Below, piece by piece: positions 48,577-59,492 of a DNA stretch of 64,000 nucleotides. The stretch is taken from NCBI GenBank assembly GCA_000432575.1, contig HF996836.1, forward strand, positions 4,314-68,313, in the 5' to 3' direction. The position numbers were made by a program, and so were the translations under genes. Numbering within the stretch: position 1 is the first letter of the stretch; the number at the start of each line of letters is the position of its first letter. Below the pieces are notes generated by a model, which had not been told where the DNA came from, made no database searches, and saw only the letters and a program-made list of their open reading frames with translations. Source of the DNA: Clostridium sp. CAG:762 (GTDB lineage Bacteria > Bacillota_I > Bacilli_A > RF39 > UBA660).

Positions 48577-50532
48577 TTATTCGCTTTCTAGTTCAAAGAT
48601 GATATCTCTTAGTTCCATGGCTTTTTCAAAGTCTAATTTTTTAGCAGCATCTTTCATTTCGTTTGTTAATCTTATGATCATGTCTTGTTTTTCTTTCTTG
48701 CTGTATTTTTCTTTGATTTGAACATCTTTTTTTGTTTCTAGTTCGTTAGTTATTAATTCTCTAATTTCTTTATTGATGGTTCTTGGTATGATATGATTTT
48801 TGATATTATATTCGTTTTGGATGGTTCTTCTTCTTTTTGTTTCGGTGATGGCTTCTTCCATTGATTCGCTTATGGTGTCAGCATACATGATGACCATACC
48901 GTTTTCGTTTCTTGCACATCTTCCTATTGTTTGAATTAGGCTTCTACTACTTCTTAAGAATCCTTGTTTATCAGCATCCATAATGGCAATTAGAGATACT
49001 TCTGGGATGTCTATTCCTTCTCTTAGTAAGTTAATGCCTACGACTACATCATATTTTCCTAATCTTAGGTCTCTTATTATTTTAATTCTTTCTAAGGTTT
49101 TTATTTCATTGTGTAAGTACGCTACTTTCATGTCTATGTTTTTGAGGTAATTGGTTAGTTCTTCAGCCATTCTAATTGTTAGAGTTGTGATTAATACTCT
49201 TTCATTTTTTTCTATTCTAACGTTTATTTCATTTATGAGATCATCAATTTGGTTTTTAGTAGGTCTTACTTCAATTATAGGATCAAGTAGTCCTGTTGGT
49301 CTTATTATTTGTTCTACCACTTTATGATGAACTTTTTCTAGTTCGTAATCACCAGGGGTTGCAGATACGTAGATAACATTTTTTATTTTGCTCTCAAACT
49401 CTTCAAATTTAAGTGGTCTATTATCAAGTGCACTTGGTAGTCTAAAGCCATAGTCTACTAAATTTTGTTTTCTCGCTCTGTCACCATTGTACATTCCTTT
49501 TACTTGAGGTAAGGTAACGTGCGATTCGTCTATTACTAAAAGGTAGTCGTCGCCAAAGAAGTCGATTAGGGTGGTTGGCATTTGGCCAGGACTTCTTAGA
49601 GCAAGTGGTGCTGAATAGTTTTCAACACCACGGCATGTTCCTGTTTCACTTAGCATTTCCATGTCGTAGTTAACTCTTTCTTCTATTCTTTGGGCTTCAA
49701 TTAATTTATTTTTTTCTTTGAAGTATTTTACTCTTTCTTCTTTTTCTTTGGATATGTTTTCAATGGCTTTTTGTAATTTTAAATCGTTGGTAACAAAGTG
49801 GGATGCAGGAAATAATGAAATTGTTTTTTTGTCTTTTAGGATTTTCCCAGTAATGCTATCAAACTCACTGATTCTATCTATTTCGTTGCCAAAAAATTCA
49901 ATCATTAGGCCTTCTGTTTTTTGGTTTACGGGAATTATTTGTAAGGTGTCCCCGATTACTCTAAATGTACCTCTTTTTAGGTCAATGTCGTTTCTTTCGT
50001 ATAACATGTCAACTAGTTTTTTTAAAACATCATCTCTTTTTATTTTGTCGCCTACATTTAGGGTGAGCATTTTGTTCTTGTAATCTTCTACTTCACCTAT
50101 TCCATATATGCAGGACACACTGGCAACGACAATAACATCTTTTCTCGTAATGATGGCAGAGGTGGCACTGTGGCGAAGTTCGTCTATTTCATCATTGATG
50201 CTACTGTCTTTTTCAATATATGTATCTGTTGATGGAACATACGCTTCTGGTTGGTAGTAGTCATAATATGATACAAAGTACTCTACTTTATTATTTGGAA
50301 AAAGTTCTTTGAATTCACTGTAAAGTTGTCCCGCAAGTGTCTTGTTGTGAGCTAAAACTAGTGTTGGTTTATTTACTTCTTTTATTACATTAGCAATTGT
50401 GAAGGTTTTTCCTGTACCTGTGGCTCCAAGTAATACTTGCTCTTTTTGACCTTCTTTTATTCCTTCTACTATTTTTTCTATTGCCTGTGGTTGATCACCA
50501 CTTGGTTTATATTTACTGACTAGTTCAAACAT
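48577..50532 (-). CDS. uvrB: Excinuclease ABC subunit B
   Basis: 651 aa with helicase motifs [12 protein letters not shown] and a C-terminal UVR domain. AGGAGG SD. Confidence 0.97.
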   Translation of the reverse strand: MFELVSKYKPSGDQPQAIEKIVEGIKEGQKEQVLLGATGTGKTFTIANVIKEVNKPTLVLAHNKTLAGQLYSEFKELFPNNKVEYFVSYYDYYQPEAYVPSTDTYIEKDSSINDEIDELRHSATSAIITRKDVIVVASVSCIYGIGEVEDYKNKMLTLNVGDKIKRDDVLKKLVDMLYERNDIDLKRGTFRVIGDTLQIIPVNQKTEGLMIEFFGNEIDRISEFDSITGKILKDKKTISLFPASHFVTNDLKLQKAIENISKEKEERVKYFKEKNKLIEAQRIEERVNYDMEMLSETGTCRGVENYSAPLALRSPGQMPTTLIDFFGDDYLLVIDESHVTLPQVKGMYNGDRARKQNLVDYGFRLPSALDNRPLKFEEFESKIKNVIYVSATPGDYELEKVHHKVVEQIIRPTGLLDPIIEVRPTKNQIDDLINEINVRIEKNERVLITTLTIRMAEELTNYLKNIDMKVAYLHNEIKTLERIKIIRDLRLGKYDVVVGINLLREGIDIPEVSLIAIMDADKQGFLRSSRSLIQTIGRCARNENGMVIMYADTISESMEEAITETKRRRTIQNEYNIKNHIIPRTINKEIRELITNELETKKDVQIKEKYSKKEKQDMIIRLTNEMKDAAKKLDFEKAMELRDIIFELESE

Positions 50533-50561
50533 GATATTCCTCCTTTATAAATGGTAAAAAT

Positions 50562-50590
50562 ACTATAACAAAATTTTTTTTGGTTGTCAA
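50562..50590 (-). promoter_or_regulatory. SigmaA promoter for uvrB (TTGACA-N17-TATAGT); no Cheo/LexA box recognised
   Basis: On the minus strand, TTGACA at 50585-50590, 17-bp spacer, TATAGT at 50562-50567. Confidence 0.55.
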
Positions 50591-50647
50591 TTGATTTTTA
50601 TACATTTGTTTGATTAAATGTGTGGTAAAGAAAAAAGGAACTACTTC

Positions 50648-51160
50648 CTATTGTTGGTTGTTATCTTCTTGTTCTAAGGATGCAAGGATTTTCTTTTGAT
50701 TAGCCAGTATGCGTTCCATTTTGTCATGTAATTCTTCTAAGATTAATTCACTTTTTAAGTCAGTTTTATAATCGTTTTGACTTCTTATGCTGTCTTTTTT
50801 AGCTGCTCGATTTTGGCTCATCATGATAATTGGTGCTTGCAAGGCTGCGATGCATGATAAGACTAGATTTAGTAAAATGAAAGGATATGGGTCAAGGTCT
50901 TTAATAAAGTATACATTAAGGATAACCCAGGTAATTAAAAAGAGGGAAAATCCTATTATAAATCCCCAGCTACCAGCATGTTCAGTTAGTTTGTCGGCTA
51001 GGATATCTCCAAACTTTTCTCTTTCTTTGTCTTCTTTGTCAACATCTATTGCTATAGGACTATCAATAAGTAAATTTATTAGTTGTTCTTCATCTTCTAT
51101 TTCTAGATTTTTGTTTAATAGCATTTTTACTATTTCTTTTTTTGTTTTTCTTTTTTCCAT
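50648..51160 (-). CDS. DUF1003 membrane protein
   Basis: Two central TM helices flanked by charged/coiled regions, typical of DUF1003. Confidence 0.5.
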   Translation of the reverse strand: MEKRKTKKEIVKMLLNKNLEIEDEEQLINLLIDSPIAIDVDKEDKEREKFGDILADKLTEHAGSWGFIIGFSLFLITWVILNVYFIKDLDPYPFILLNLVLSCIAALQAPIIMMSQNRAAKKDSIRSQNDYKTDLKSELILEELHDKMERILANQKKILASLEQEDNNQQ

Positions 51161-51265
51161 TTTATCACCTATTTTCATGATACTACTAATTTGTTTTGGT
51201 GTAAAGAAAAAACTATTTTTTATAATAGTTTATCGTTTAGAAAATTAATCTACTACGTTATTTTA

Positions 51266-51297
51266 TTGTGTAAATTAAAACAGCATAGCAAAAGTGT
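51266..51297 (+). repeat. 30-bp dispersed repeat, copy h
   Basis: GTAAATTAAAACAGCATAGCAAAAGTGT, abutting the stop of the lipoprotein gene. Confidence 0.8.
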
Positions 51298-51303
51298 ATT
51301 GAT

Positions 51304-52170
51304 TTATCCAATTGTGCTTGGGACTAATTTCATTGCATATTCTTCGGCAGTGATAGCACGGCTGGTTACTTCACTTGGTATTTCTACGTTTACTTTGGTG
51401 TAATCAAATTCTATAGTTATATCTAATTTATCTATTCCATCAATGTTTAACATTTCTGTTTTGTCATTTTCTAAATTTAAGTATTTAATGATTTCTCCTA
51501 TGTTCGCACTCATTTTTGTGATGTGGTTATTTTTGGTATCAATAAATATTTTTATGGCTATGTTACCATCAAATTTGATGTCTCCTGTATTTTCTCCTAC
51601 GGCATTTAATATGCGTGATAATAAATCTTTGGTAATATTTAGTTGATATTCGGCTATATCATTTTCTTTGTTAACAAGAACGATGTCAGTTTCTTTTAGT
51701 ACTTCGTCCACTAATGTTTTTGTAAGTTTTTCTGCTTCTTCAATATTTTTGCTATATTCGTTTTCTTCTGTTTCTTCTTGTTTTATCCAGTAATTTTCTT
51801 CGTTTTCTATGCCTAACATGGAATCTACTATTGAACTTTGCATGTATACTGTGTTAGTGTTATTTTTCATATTTAAATATAGTTCTTGTGGACCAAAATA
51901 GATGTTATCTTCTATATTAATTTTGGCGATTAGGTTATTTTCATCAATGCTATTAAACATTATGTTTAAGGTAAGTGGTAAATCAACTTTAACTCCACTG
52001 CTACTAAATCCTAGATTAACTCCTACCATTACTTTCCCTGAATCATTTTTTTCTTGGATAGCTTTTTTAAATACTTCTAATGGTGTTAATTCGCGCTCTT
52101 TTTTGGTAATACATCCTGTTAAGGCTAATACTAAAATAAAAACACCTATAAACTTAAAAATCTTTTTCAT
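51304..52170 (-). CDS. Lipoprotein, hypothetical
   Basis: Signal peptide with lipobox LALTGC. Confidence 0.5.
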   Translation of the reverse strand: MKKIFKFIGVFILVLALTGCITKKERELTPLEVFKKAIQEKNDSGKVMVGVNLGFSSSGVKVDLPLTLNIMFNSIDENNLIAKINIEDNIYFGPQELYLNMKNNTNTVYMQSSIVDSMLGIENEENYWIKQEETEENEYSKNIEEAEKLTKTLVDEVLKETDIVLVNKENDIAEYQLNITKDLLSRILNAVGENTGDIKFDGNIAIKIFIDTKNNHITKMSANIGEIIKYLNLENDKTEMLNIDGIDKLDITIEFDYTKVNVEIPSEVTSRAITAEEYAMKLVPSTIG

Positions 52171-52233
52171 AACTTCCTCCTACTACTTAAGTTTATAATA
52201 ATTATATCATTTTTTTGAATAAATTGTTATTTT

Positions 52234-52761
52234 TTACATTTTTTTTATTTTATTTAACGGCCATAGTTGGAAGATGCATTTACCTATGATATCACTTTTT
52301 TTTATTAGGCCAAAGTCTCTGCTATCATAAGAGTCTTCACGATTATCTCCTAAAACTAAGTACATGTCATCAGGTATTTTTGTGTATCCTAAATCGTTTA
52401 AACTAAAATTATTTGTTTTGGTACTTTTATCTAAATATAATTCATCATATCCAACGCCATCTATGTATAGTGTGTTGTCTTTATATTCGATAATTTCTCC
52501 TGGTAAGCCTATTACTCTTTTGATTAGATATCTGGTATCTTCGTTTTTAAATGAAATTATATCATTTCTTTGTATGGTACTTATTTTATAGTGTATTTTA
52601 CTTACGAAGACGACATCTCCATCATTGTAGTTGGGACTCATGGAATTGCCAACAACTTGGGATAGGGATATGACGTAGATAGCTAAAATTAAAACTAAGA
52701 TTATGACTATGATGTATTTAAATGTATCGCTTAAGAATTCTTTTATTTCACGAAAGTCCAT
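52234..52761 (-). CDS. lepB: Signal peptidase I
   Basis: GNSMSPNY (catalytic Ser), KRVIGLPGE and GDNR boxes. GGAGGGA SD before the ATG at 52761. Confidence 0.85.
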   Translation of the reverse strand: MDFREIKEFLSDTFKYIIVIILVLILAIYVISLSQVVGNSMSPNYNDGDVVFVSKIHYKISTIQRNDIISFKNEDTRYLIKRVIGLPGEIIEYKDNTLYIDGVGYDELYLDKSTKTNNFSLNDLGYTKIPDDMYLVLGDNREDSYDSRDFGLIKKSDIIGKCIFQLWPLNKIKKM

Positions 52762-52893
52762 CTTTATCCCTCCATATGTTACATATATATATAATACCAT
52801 ATTTTTTTCGATTTTATAAAGTTTTTTTTGTTATTTGTCAAAAAGATAAATTTTTTTGTTGGGAGAAGACGGTTGGGTGGTATTTATACGGTT

Positions 52894-54804
52894 TTATGAA
52901 TCTAAGAGGATTCTTACTTTGCTTTGTTCTAGTATTCTTTCACCACTTTCAGGAGACTGGGAGATTACTTTGTTGCCACTGCCGGTGTATTCTATTTGGA
53001 AGTTTTTAAGTAGGTTGTTTGCTTCTTTTTTGTCAAGGCCTATGACGTTGGGTACTTCGTAGTATTTTAGGTCATACCACTGATATTCTTTTTCCATGCC
53101 ATCTTTGCTTTTTTGAACGTTTAGGGCGATGGCAGAATCTTCTAAAATGTTTTTGGCGACGGGACCAGCGACTGTTCCTCCGTATTGAGTAACGCCTTTG
53201 GGGTAATCAATGGCTACATATACTACTACTTGGGGGTTATCAGCGGGTAAAAAACCAATAAAAGAAACTATATAGTTACCAACCATGTAAACTCCATTTT
53301 TTACTTTTTGGGCGGTTCCTGTTTTGCCTCCTACGCGGTAGCCATCTAAATATGCGGGTCTGCCAGTTCCGTTAGAGACAACGCTTTCTAAGGCGTACCT
53401 TACTGTTTTGCTGGTTTCGGGACTGATGACATTGTTTTTTACAACGGTTGGTTTTACTTCTTTAATGATTTCTCCTGTTTCTGGTTCTATGTATCTTTTG
53501 ACGATGTGTGGTTTATATAAGGTTCCTCCATTTATGATGGCTGATACTGCGGTTACTTGTTGTATTGGGGTAACGCTTACTCCTTGACCAAATGCGGTCG
53601 TGGCTAATTCGACTGGACCTACTCTATTTAATGAGAATAGGATTCCATTGGCTTCACCATTTAAGTCTACGCCTGTTTTTTTGCCAAATCCAAATCTATC
53701 TATATAACTGAATAAGGTTTCTTTGCCTAGTCTTTGTCCTAATTCAACGAATCCTGGGTTGCATGAGTTTTCTACTACTTCTAAAAATGTTTGGTGTCCA
53801 TGACCACCATGTTTCCAACATCTTATTCTTGCTCCTTCGACATTTACTGATCCTCCATCATAAAAGGTATCTTTGAATATATCTACTTTTTTTTCTTCTA
53901 TAGAGGTTGCTAAGGTGATTATCTTGAATGTGGAACCTGGTTCATAGGTCATCCATATTGGTAGGTTTCTATTTATTTCTTCTATCGTATATTTTTGATA
54001 ATTATTAGGGTCAAAATTAGGGCGACTGCTCATCCCTAAGATTTCTCCTGTATTTGGATTCATAGCTAAGGCTAGAGCATGATCGGGATTATATTTAGTT
54101 ACGACGTTATCTAATTCTCTTTCAATTGATGCTTGTATATCATAATTTATCGTAAGTTCTATATCAATGCCATCTTGAGGTTTAACATAGACTTCCTGCA
54201 TATTTAGCTTGTTTCCTTTGGCGTCAGCATAATATTTGATGGCTCCATATTCACCAGTTAGGTAATTATCGTATTGTAATTCTAGTCCTGATAAACCTTG
54301 GTTATCGATACCTACATAGCCTAGTACGTGTGATAACATAGTACCATATGGGTAATATCTTTTTGATTCTTTGACTAGATATACTCCTTCGTATTTATAA
54401 CTATTTATTTTATCCGCTGTTGCATAACTTAATCTTCTGCCTTCTGGATGTACTCTTTCTATTGATGTTTTTTTGCTTACATGTTTGTACATTTCTTCGT
54501 AGCTGACATTTAAAATTTCACTTAATGTTTTGGCTACGGTTTCTTTATTTTTGATTTGGTTTGGTATTAAGATTAGAGATGTTGTTGTTAGGTTATCGGC
54601 AATGACTTTGTTATCACTGGTTAATATTTTCCCACGATTGGCTTCAATTGGGAGATTTCTACTCCAAAGTGCATTGGCTAATTTATTTAATTTATTGTAG
54701 TCAATTACTTGGATGTAGAATACTTTGCATATTATCATGATAAAGCATAGTATTATTATTAGAAATATTATTTTTTCTCTTTTATGTATTTTTTTAAAAA
54801 ACAT
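52894..54804 (-). CDS. Class B penicillin-binding protein (PBP2B/SpoVD-like transpeptidase)
   Basis: N-terminal TM, dimerisation domain, transpeptidase motifs STFK, SxN and KTGT. Confidence 0.85.
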   Translation of the reverse strand: MFFKKIHKREKIIFLIIILCFIMIICKVFYIQVIDYNKLNKLANALWSRNLPIEANRGKILTSDNKVIADNLTTTSLILIPNQIKNKETVAKTLSEILNVSYEEMYKHVSKKTSIERVHPEGRRLSYATADKINSYKYEGVYLVKESKRYYPYGTMLSHVLGYVGIDNQGLSGLELQYDNYLTGEYGAIKYYADAKGNKLNMQEVYVKPQDGIDIELTINYDIQASIERELDNVVTKYNPDHALALAMNPNTGEILGMSSRPNFDPNNYQKYTIEEINRNLPIWMTYEPGSTFKIITLATSIEEKKVDIFKDTFYDGGSVNVEGARIRCWKHGGHGHQTFLEVVENSCNPGFVELGQRLGKETLFSYIDRFGFGKKTGVDLNGEANGILFSLNRVGPVELATTAFGQGVSVTPIQQVTAVSAIINGGTLYKPHIVKRYIEPETGEIIKEVKPTVVKNNVISPETSKTVRYALESVVSNGTGRPAYLDGYRVGGKTGTAQKVKNGVYMVGNYIVSFIGFLPADNPQVVVYVAIDYPKGVTQYGGTVAGPVAKNILEDSAIALNVQKSKDGMEKEYQWYDLKYYEVPNVIGLDKKEANNLLKNFQIEYTGSGNKVISQSPESGERILEQSKVRILLDS

Positions 54805-54862
54805 ATAAATCACCAATAAATAATATGTTTATTAAAAAGAAAAAAGCACTTTATGAAAAGTA

Positions 54863-55399
54863 CTATTTGGTTTTATGTTGTTTTGTTTGGATGTTTAAAT
54901 TTTCTATTTCTTCTATTGGAACTAAGGTTAATTTATTTTCTTTCATTATAAAATATGAATTAGTTGCTTGATCAAGAAATATTTTATTTGTTATAGGTAT
55001 TAGACCTATTCCGTTTATTGGACTTGTTAGTGGTATTATTTTGTTATTAGAATCTTGCCTATAATATAAACCATCAGATTCACTATAAAAAATATTTTCT
55101 TTGTCTGTTAAGCTTAATGCACTTGCATTTATTGGACTTGTTAGTGGTATTATTTTGTTATTGGAATCTTGCCTATAATATAGTCCGTCTGATTTGCTAT
55201 AGTAAATGTTTTCTTTGTCTGTGAAACTTAATGGGCTTGCATTTATTGGACTTATTAAGGGTATTATTTTGTTATTGGAATCTTGCCTATAATATAGTCC
55301 GTCTGATTCACTATAAAAAATATTTTCTTTTTCTGTTAAGCTTAATTCGCTACCATTAATAGGACTCACTAATTTATTTTTCATTCTATCACCATCCAA
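54863..55399 (-). CDS. Hypothetical protein made of three near-identical about 38-40-aa tandem repeats plus a unique C-terminus
   Basis: Repeat unit SPINxSxLSxTDKENIFYSESDGLYYRQDSNNKIIPL x3. Repeats are also near-identical at the DNA level. Confidence 0.5.
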   Translation of the reverse strand: MDGDRMKNKLVSPINGSELSLTEKENIFYSESDGLYYRQDSNNKIIPLISPINASPLSFTDKENIYYSKSDGLYYRQDSNNKIIPLTSPINASALSLTDKENIFYSESDGLYYRQDSNNKIIPLTSPINGIGLIPITNKIFLDQATNSYFIMKENKLTLVPIEEIENLNIQTKQHKTK

Positions 55400-55443
55400 T
55401 TTAATTTTATATTAAATACTTTAATTTGTCAATTCAAACATAA

Positions 55444-55908
55444 TTATATGATTCTATTCAACATGTTAATTATTTTGTCAAGTACTTGTTTTTTGTTATC
55501 ACTTCTATTCCTGTTTGTAACTATTATTTTATCGTTGTAGAATTTGTTATTGTCTCTATCATATATGCTAATATAAACTATGTTATCTTCTTTGTATGGG
55601 TTAAATTTATCTGCTTTATTTAATTTACCAGTTACTCCTATTCCGTAGTTTGAATTAGTATACTTTGCTATGTTATAGCTCATTTCATTTGCTACTTCTT
55701 TGCTGTAGACTGTGTATTTATTAATTGTGTCTTTGGCAATACCCATTTTTATTTTGTATTCGTTAGAATAAGTTACGGCTCCAAAAGAAAATACTTCACT
55801 TGATCCTTCTATGTTAGTTATGGCATTGGCTACACTACCACCTGTACAGGATTCCATTGTGCTAATTGTCTTTTTTAGTTTAGTCAATTTTTCTATTATT
55901 TCTTTCAT
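55444..55908 (-). CDS. CinA C-terminal domain protein (nicotinamide-nucleotide amidohydrolase PncC-like)
   Basis: 154 aa. MESCTGGSVANAIT motif of the CinA_C family. Confidence 0.75.
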   Translation of the reverse strand: MKEIIEKLTKLKKTISTMESCTGGSVANAITNIEGSSEVFSFGAVTYSNEYKIKMGIAKDTINKYTVYSKEVANEMSYNIAKYTNSNYGIGVTGKLNKADKFNPYKEDNIVYISIYDRDNNKFYNDKIIVTNRNRSDNKKQVLDKIINMLNRII

Positions 55909-56071
55909 ATTTACCTCGATTCTTCCATCTACTTATATTATAGTATTTATGTTGTTGTTTGTCAAAATTATTTATACCTTCTTTTAATGATATCATTTTC
56001 TTCTATGTTGCATATTAATAAGAGAGAATTGGGGTTATAAAATAAAGCACCTCGTGTTGAAGTGCTTTATT

Positions 56072-56941
56072 TTATGATAATCTAACAATGTTTAGGTATG
56101 CATTGATGCCATCAGCTGGAGAAACTTCAATGGTTTCAGTGGAATCTAGTCCTAAACTAATTAGGTCATTGGCATTTAATGAGACAATTGCACTGCCATT
56201 GAAACTTTGGTCAACATTGGCTTCGATTTCTTTATGTATACTTGTATTACTTATTGGAGTACCATTTTCTAATACTTCAAGTATTACTGTTTCTTGAATG
56301 TTTGATGAACCCTGGAAATAGTAGTCTATTTTGTAAACACCAGTTGCTGGGATGGTTAGTGCGTTTGCAGTTGCCCCTGTAATGCCTCTCATTGGAGCAC
56401 TGGATGCAAGTGGAACGATTTGGCTGGTATTGGCAGTTATATTAATTGTTTCACTGGCGCTTGAATATTTGCTTCCGTATGTAGATTCAACCGATGTTCC
56501 TGGAGGCCCGGCTGGGCCTTCTTCTCCTTGAGGTCCAGTTGCTCCTGTATCACCTTTTGGTCCGGTTGGTCCAGTTGGGCCGATTGGACCTTGTGCTCCT
56601 GCTTGGCCTGTTGCCCCCCTTGGACCAGCGGGACCAGCGATTCCTTGTATTCCTTGAGAACCAACTGGTCCACGTGATCCGGTTGGGCCTTGAGGTCCTG
56701 TGGCTCCTGCTGGAATACTAAATGTTAAAATAGCATTTTCATTGGTTCCAACGTTAGTTACTTTAGCTTCCGTCCCTGGGTCAGTTGTAATTGTGTTTCC
56801 TACTGTGATAGTCGCTGGTCCTTGAGGTCCTATTGGGCCTCTTGGTCCCGTTGGACCAACAATGCAACATCTTTCTTGATGCTTTTTTCCTTCTTCTAAA
56901 ATACACTTTATTTTTGAAGAGTAGTCGTTATCCATATTCAA
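56072..56941 (-). CDS. Collagen-like triple-helix repeat protein with BclA-type C-terminal domain (exosporium/surface glycoprotein-like)
   Basis: Two G-x-y arrays ([14 protein letters not shown]; about 25 uninterrupted GxY triplets in the second) followed by a roughly 110-aa beta-rich C-terminal domain. The nested track ORFs at 56437-56721 are repeat artefacts. Confidence 0.7.
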   Translation of the reverse strand: MNMDNDYSSKIKCILEEGKKHQERCCIVGPTGPRGPIGPQGPATITVGNTITTDPGTEAKVTNVGTNENAILTFSIPAGATGPQGPTGSRGPVGSQGIQGIAGPAGPRGATGQAGAQGPIGPTGPTGPKGDTGATGPQGEEGPAGPPGTSVESTYGSKYSSASETINITANTSQIVPLASSAPMRGITGATANALTIPATGVYKIDYYFQGSSNIQETVILEVLENGTPISNTSIHKEIEANVDQSFNGSAIVSLNANDLISLGLDSTETIEVSPADGINAYLNIVRLS

Positions 56942-57016
56942 CTCTCCTTTCTTTTATATTTTATGAATGATAAAAAAAATGATTATTACTATAGACTAGT
57001 AATAATCTCATTTTTG

Positions 57017-57538
57017 TTAATTGTCATATTTTTCTATTTTTACTTTACCAAATCTAGTTATTGGCCATATTCTAATACTTGTTGAGCCTTTGATATTTTT
57101 CTTATCAATTAAGCCTATTCTTCTACTATCATTAGATACTTCTCGATTATCTCCTAGAACTAAATATTTATCTTCAGGTATAGTATCATAACCTAATTCG
57201 ATTAGGTCAAAATCGGCAGTTACTTTGGAAAAATCATCGTGATATATTTCATTGTTAACATATAAATTACCATATTTATACTTAATATGTTCTCCTGGTA
57301 AGCCTATTACTCTTTTTATAATGTCATCTTCTTTGTTATTGATAACAACAATATCATATCTATTTATTTTATTGAATTTATAATCTAGTCTATTTAAGAG
57401 TAAGACTTCACCATCTTTTAGGGTATCATACATGGAATCACCTGAGACAATAACTGGGTCAATGATATAACTTCTAATTAGAATAACAACTATGACAATA
57501 ATAATATATGGTATTATTTCTTTTATAATTTTTTTCAT
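57017..57538 (-). CDS. Signal peptidase I (second paralog)
   Basis: GDSMYDTL, KRVIGLPGE and GDNR boxes. Confidence 0.85.
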   Translation of the reverse strand: MKKIIKEIIPYIIIVIVVILIRSYIIDPVIVSGDSMYDTLKDGEVLLLNRLDYKFNKINRYDIVVINNKEDDIIKRVIGLPGEHIKYKYGNLYVNNEIYHDDFSKVTADFDLIELGYDTIPEDKYLVLGDNREVSNDSRRIGLIDKKNIKGSTSIRIWPITRFGKVKIEKYDN

Positions 57539-57570
57539 ATTTCACCTAAGAAAAAAATAAACCAAAAGGC

Positions 57571-57912
57571 TTATTTATTACTTTCTTTCATTTTGTATCC
57601 ACTTTTACGGTCTCTTAAGAAGTATAGTTTTGCTCTTCTTGCTTTACCTTTTCTTGTAACAGTAATAGATTCAATTTTAGGGCTATGTAGAGGGAATATT
57701 CTTTCTACACCAACGCCTGAAGAAACTTTTCTTACAGTAAATGTTTCTGCAATGCCAGTTCCTTTTCTGGCAATAACAATACCTTCAAAGTATTGAGTTC
57801 TAGCAACTTTACCTTCTGTTACTTTGTAACCAACTTTAACGGTGTTTCCTACTCTAAATTCTGGAATATCGTTTTTTAGTTGGCGTGCAGTGATACTTTC
57901 AATAATGTTCAT
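57571..57912 (-). CDS. rplS: 50S ribosomal protein L19
   Basis: 113 aa. FRVGNTVKV...RKG is a typical L19 sequence. Confidence 0.95.
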   Translation of the reverse strand: MNIIESITARQLKNDIPEFRVGNTVKVGYKVTEGKVARTQYFEGIVIARKGTGIAETFTVRKVSSGVGVERIFPLHSPKIESITVTRKGKARRAKLYFLRDRKSGYKMKESNK

Positions 57913-58021
57913 TTTGCACTCTCCTTTTCAAACAGTAATCATTAATATACTAAGCGGATTACCTCTTCCATTTGTTAATATTACCACAAAAAGAGATAAA
58001 TTACAACTATTTTTGTTCATT

Positions 58022-58741
58022 TTATATATCTAAATTGTGATAAACACTTTGGACATCGTCGATGTCTTCTAATTGTTCTATTAAAGTTATTGCTTTGTCT
58101 AGAGTTTCTCCTTCTAATTTTAGATAGTTATCGGGTATAAATGTTACTTCACTTAATAAGTAATTGTTGTACCCTAAATTATCTAGGCTATCTTTTACTT
58201 TAATAAAACTATTTGGTTCAGTAGTTATTTCATAACCTTCTTCGGTCTTATCCATATCTATGATATCTAGTTCTAAGATGTCTTCAGTTAATTTGTCTTC
58301 ATCATAACTATTATCTAAAACAATTAATCCTTTTCTTTTGAATAAATAACTTACAGAACCATCTGTACCAAGATTTCCACCTTTTTTAGTTAAGGTGCTT
58401 CTTACAAAAGATGCAGTTCTATTTTTGTTATCAGTTAAACAGTCAATCATGATGGCCATGCCACCTGGTCCATAACCTTCATATCTTACATGGTCATAAT
58501 TTTCACTGTTGTTTTTAGAATGGGCTTTGTCAATTGCACTTTGAATATTGCTTTTTGGCATATTTTCAGCTTTAGCTTTTTCAATTACCATTCTTAGAGC
58601 TGAATTGTTAGCTGGATCTTTATCTCCACTTTTCGCGGCTACATAAAGTTCTTTGGCTAGTTTTTGGAAAACTTTGCTTCTTTCAGCGTCAATAGCACCT
58701 TTTTTTCTTTTGATAGTTGACCATTTAGAATGTCCTGACAT
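58022..58741 (-). CDS. yebC: YebC/PmpR-family transcriptional regulatory protein
   Basis: MSGHSKWSTIKRKK N-terminus is diagnostic. Confidence 0.95.
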   Translation of the reverse strand: MSGHSKWSTIKRKKGAIDAERSKVFQKLAKELYVAAKSGDKDPANNSALRMVIEKAKAENMPKSNIQSAIDKAHSKNNSENYDHVRYEGYGPGGMAIMIDCLTDNKNRTASFVRSTLTKKGGNLGTDGSVSYLFKRKGLIVLDNSYDEDKLTEDILELDIIDMDKTEEGYEITTEPNSFIKVKDSLDNLGYNNYLLSEVTFIPDNYLKLEGETLDKAITLIEQLEDIDDVQSVYHNLDI

Positions 58742-58750
58742 AATATCACC

Positions 58751-59308
58751 TTACTTTCTTGATACATATTTACCATCTTTGGTAGATACAATAATAGTTT
58801 CACCTTCATTTATGAATAAAGGTACACGTACTAATAAACCGGTTTCTACAATAGCATCTTTAAGTGCATTTGTAGCAGTGTTACCTTTAATGCCTGGTTC
58901 AGTTTGTGTAATTAATAAATCTACTTTTTCTGGTATTTCGATACCTAACATTTCACCTTCATAGAATGTTATATCTACTTCTTGACCTTCTTTTAGGAAC
59001 TTAGACTCATAACTAATCTTACTTTTATCTATTTCTATTTGTTCATATGTTTCCATATTCATAAAGTTATAAGTATCACCGTTAGCATATAAGAATTGCA
59101 TTTTTTGCTTGCTAATATGTGCTTGTTCTACTTTAACTGAAGAATTAAATGTTATTTCAATAATAGAACCAGTTCTTAAGTTTTTAAGTTTTGCTTTAAC
59201 AAAGGCCGCTCCTTTACCTGGTTTTACATGTTGAAACTCCATTACTTGATATAAAGCATTTTCATAAGTAATAGTCATTCCTGTTTTGAAATCATTTACA
59301 TTAATCAT
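58751..59308 (-). CDS. efp: Elongation factor P
   Basis: 185 aa with [15 protein letters not shown] (modified-Lys loop). Confidence 0.95.
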   Translation of the reverse strand: MINVNDFKTGMTITYENALYQVMEFQHVKPGKGAAFVKAKLKNLRTGSIIEITFNSSVKVEQAHISKQKMQFLYANGDTYNFMNMETYEQIEIDKSKISYESKFLKEGQEVDITFYEGEMLGIEIPEKVDLLITQTEPGIKGNTATNALKDAIVETGLLVRVPLFINEGETIIVSTKDGKYVSRK

Positions 59309-59324
59309 GTTTTTTCTCCTTTAC

Positions 59325-59492
59325 TTATTTACTTTCTTTATGAGCAGTTGTTTTTTGACATCTAGGACAATATTTATTTAGTTCTAAACGTTCAGTAGTA
59401 TTTTTTTTATTTTTACTAACAGTATAGTTAGCTTCTTTACATTCAGTGCATTTTAAAGAAACTAATACTCTATTTTCATTCTTCTTAGCCAT
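59325..59492 (-). CDS. rpmG: 50S ribosomal protein L33
   Basis: 55 aa [55 protein letters not shown] with a CxxC..CxxC zinc ribbon. Not in the ORF track (under 60 aa). Confidence 0.85.
   Translation of the reverse strand: MAKKNENRVLVSLKCTECKEANYTVSKNKKNTTERLELNKYCPRCQKTTAHKESK

Noticed and set aside
54805-54816. Several track ORFs begin at TTG/GTG (e.g. 54816, 9528)
   Set aside because: Downstream in-frame ATGs with better SDs were preferred (54804, 9495). The extended N-termini are probably artefacts of longest-ORF calling.
56437-56721. Nested ORFs 56437-56673 (-) and 56494-56721 (+) inside the collagen-like gene
   Set aside because: These are frame-shifted readings of the GxY triplet repeat (QL/LL-rich). 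They are artefacts of the repetitive GGN-CCN codons.
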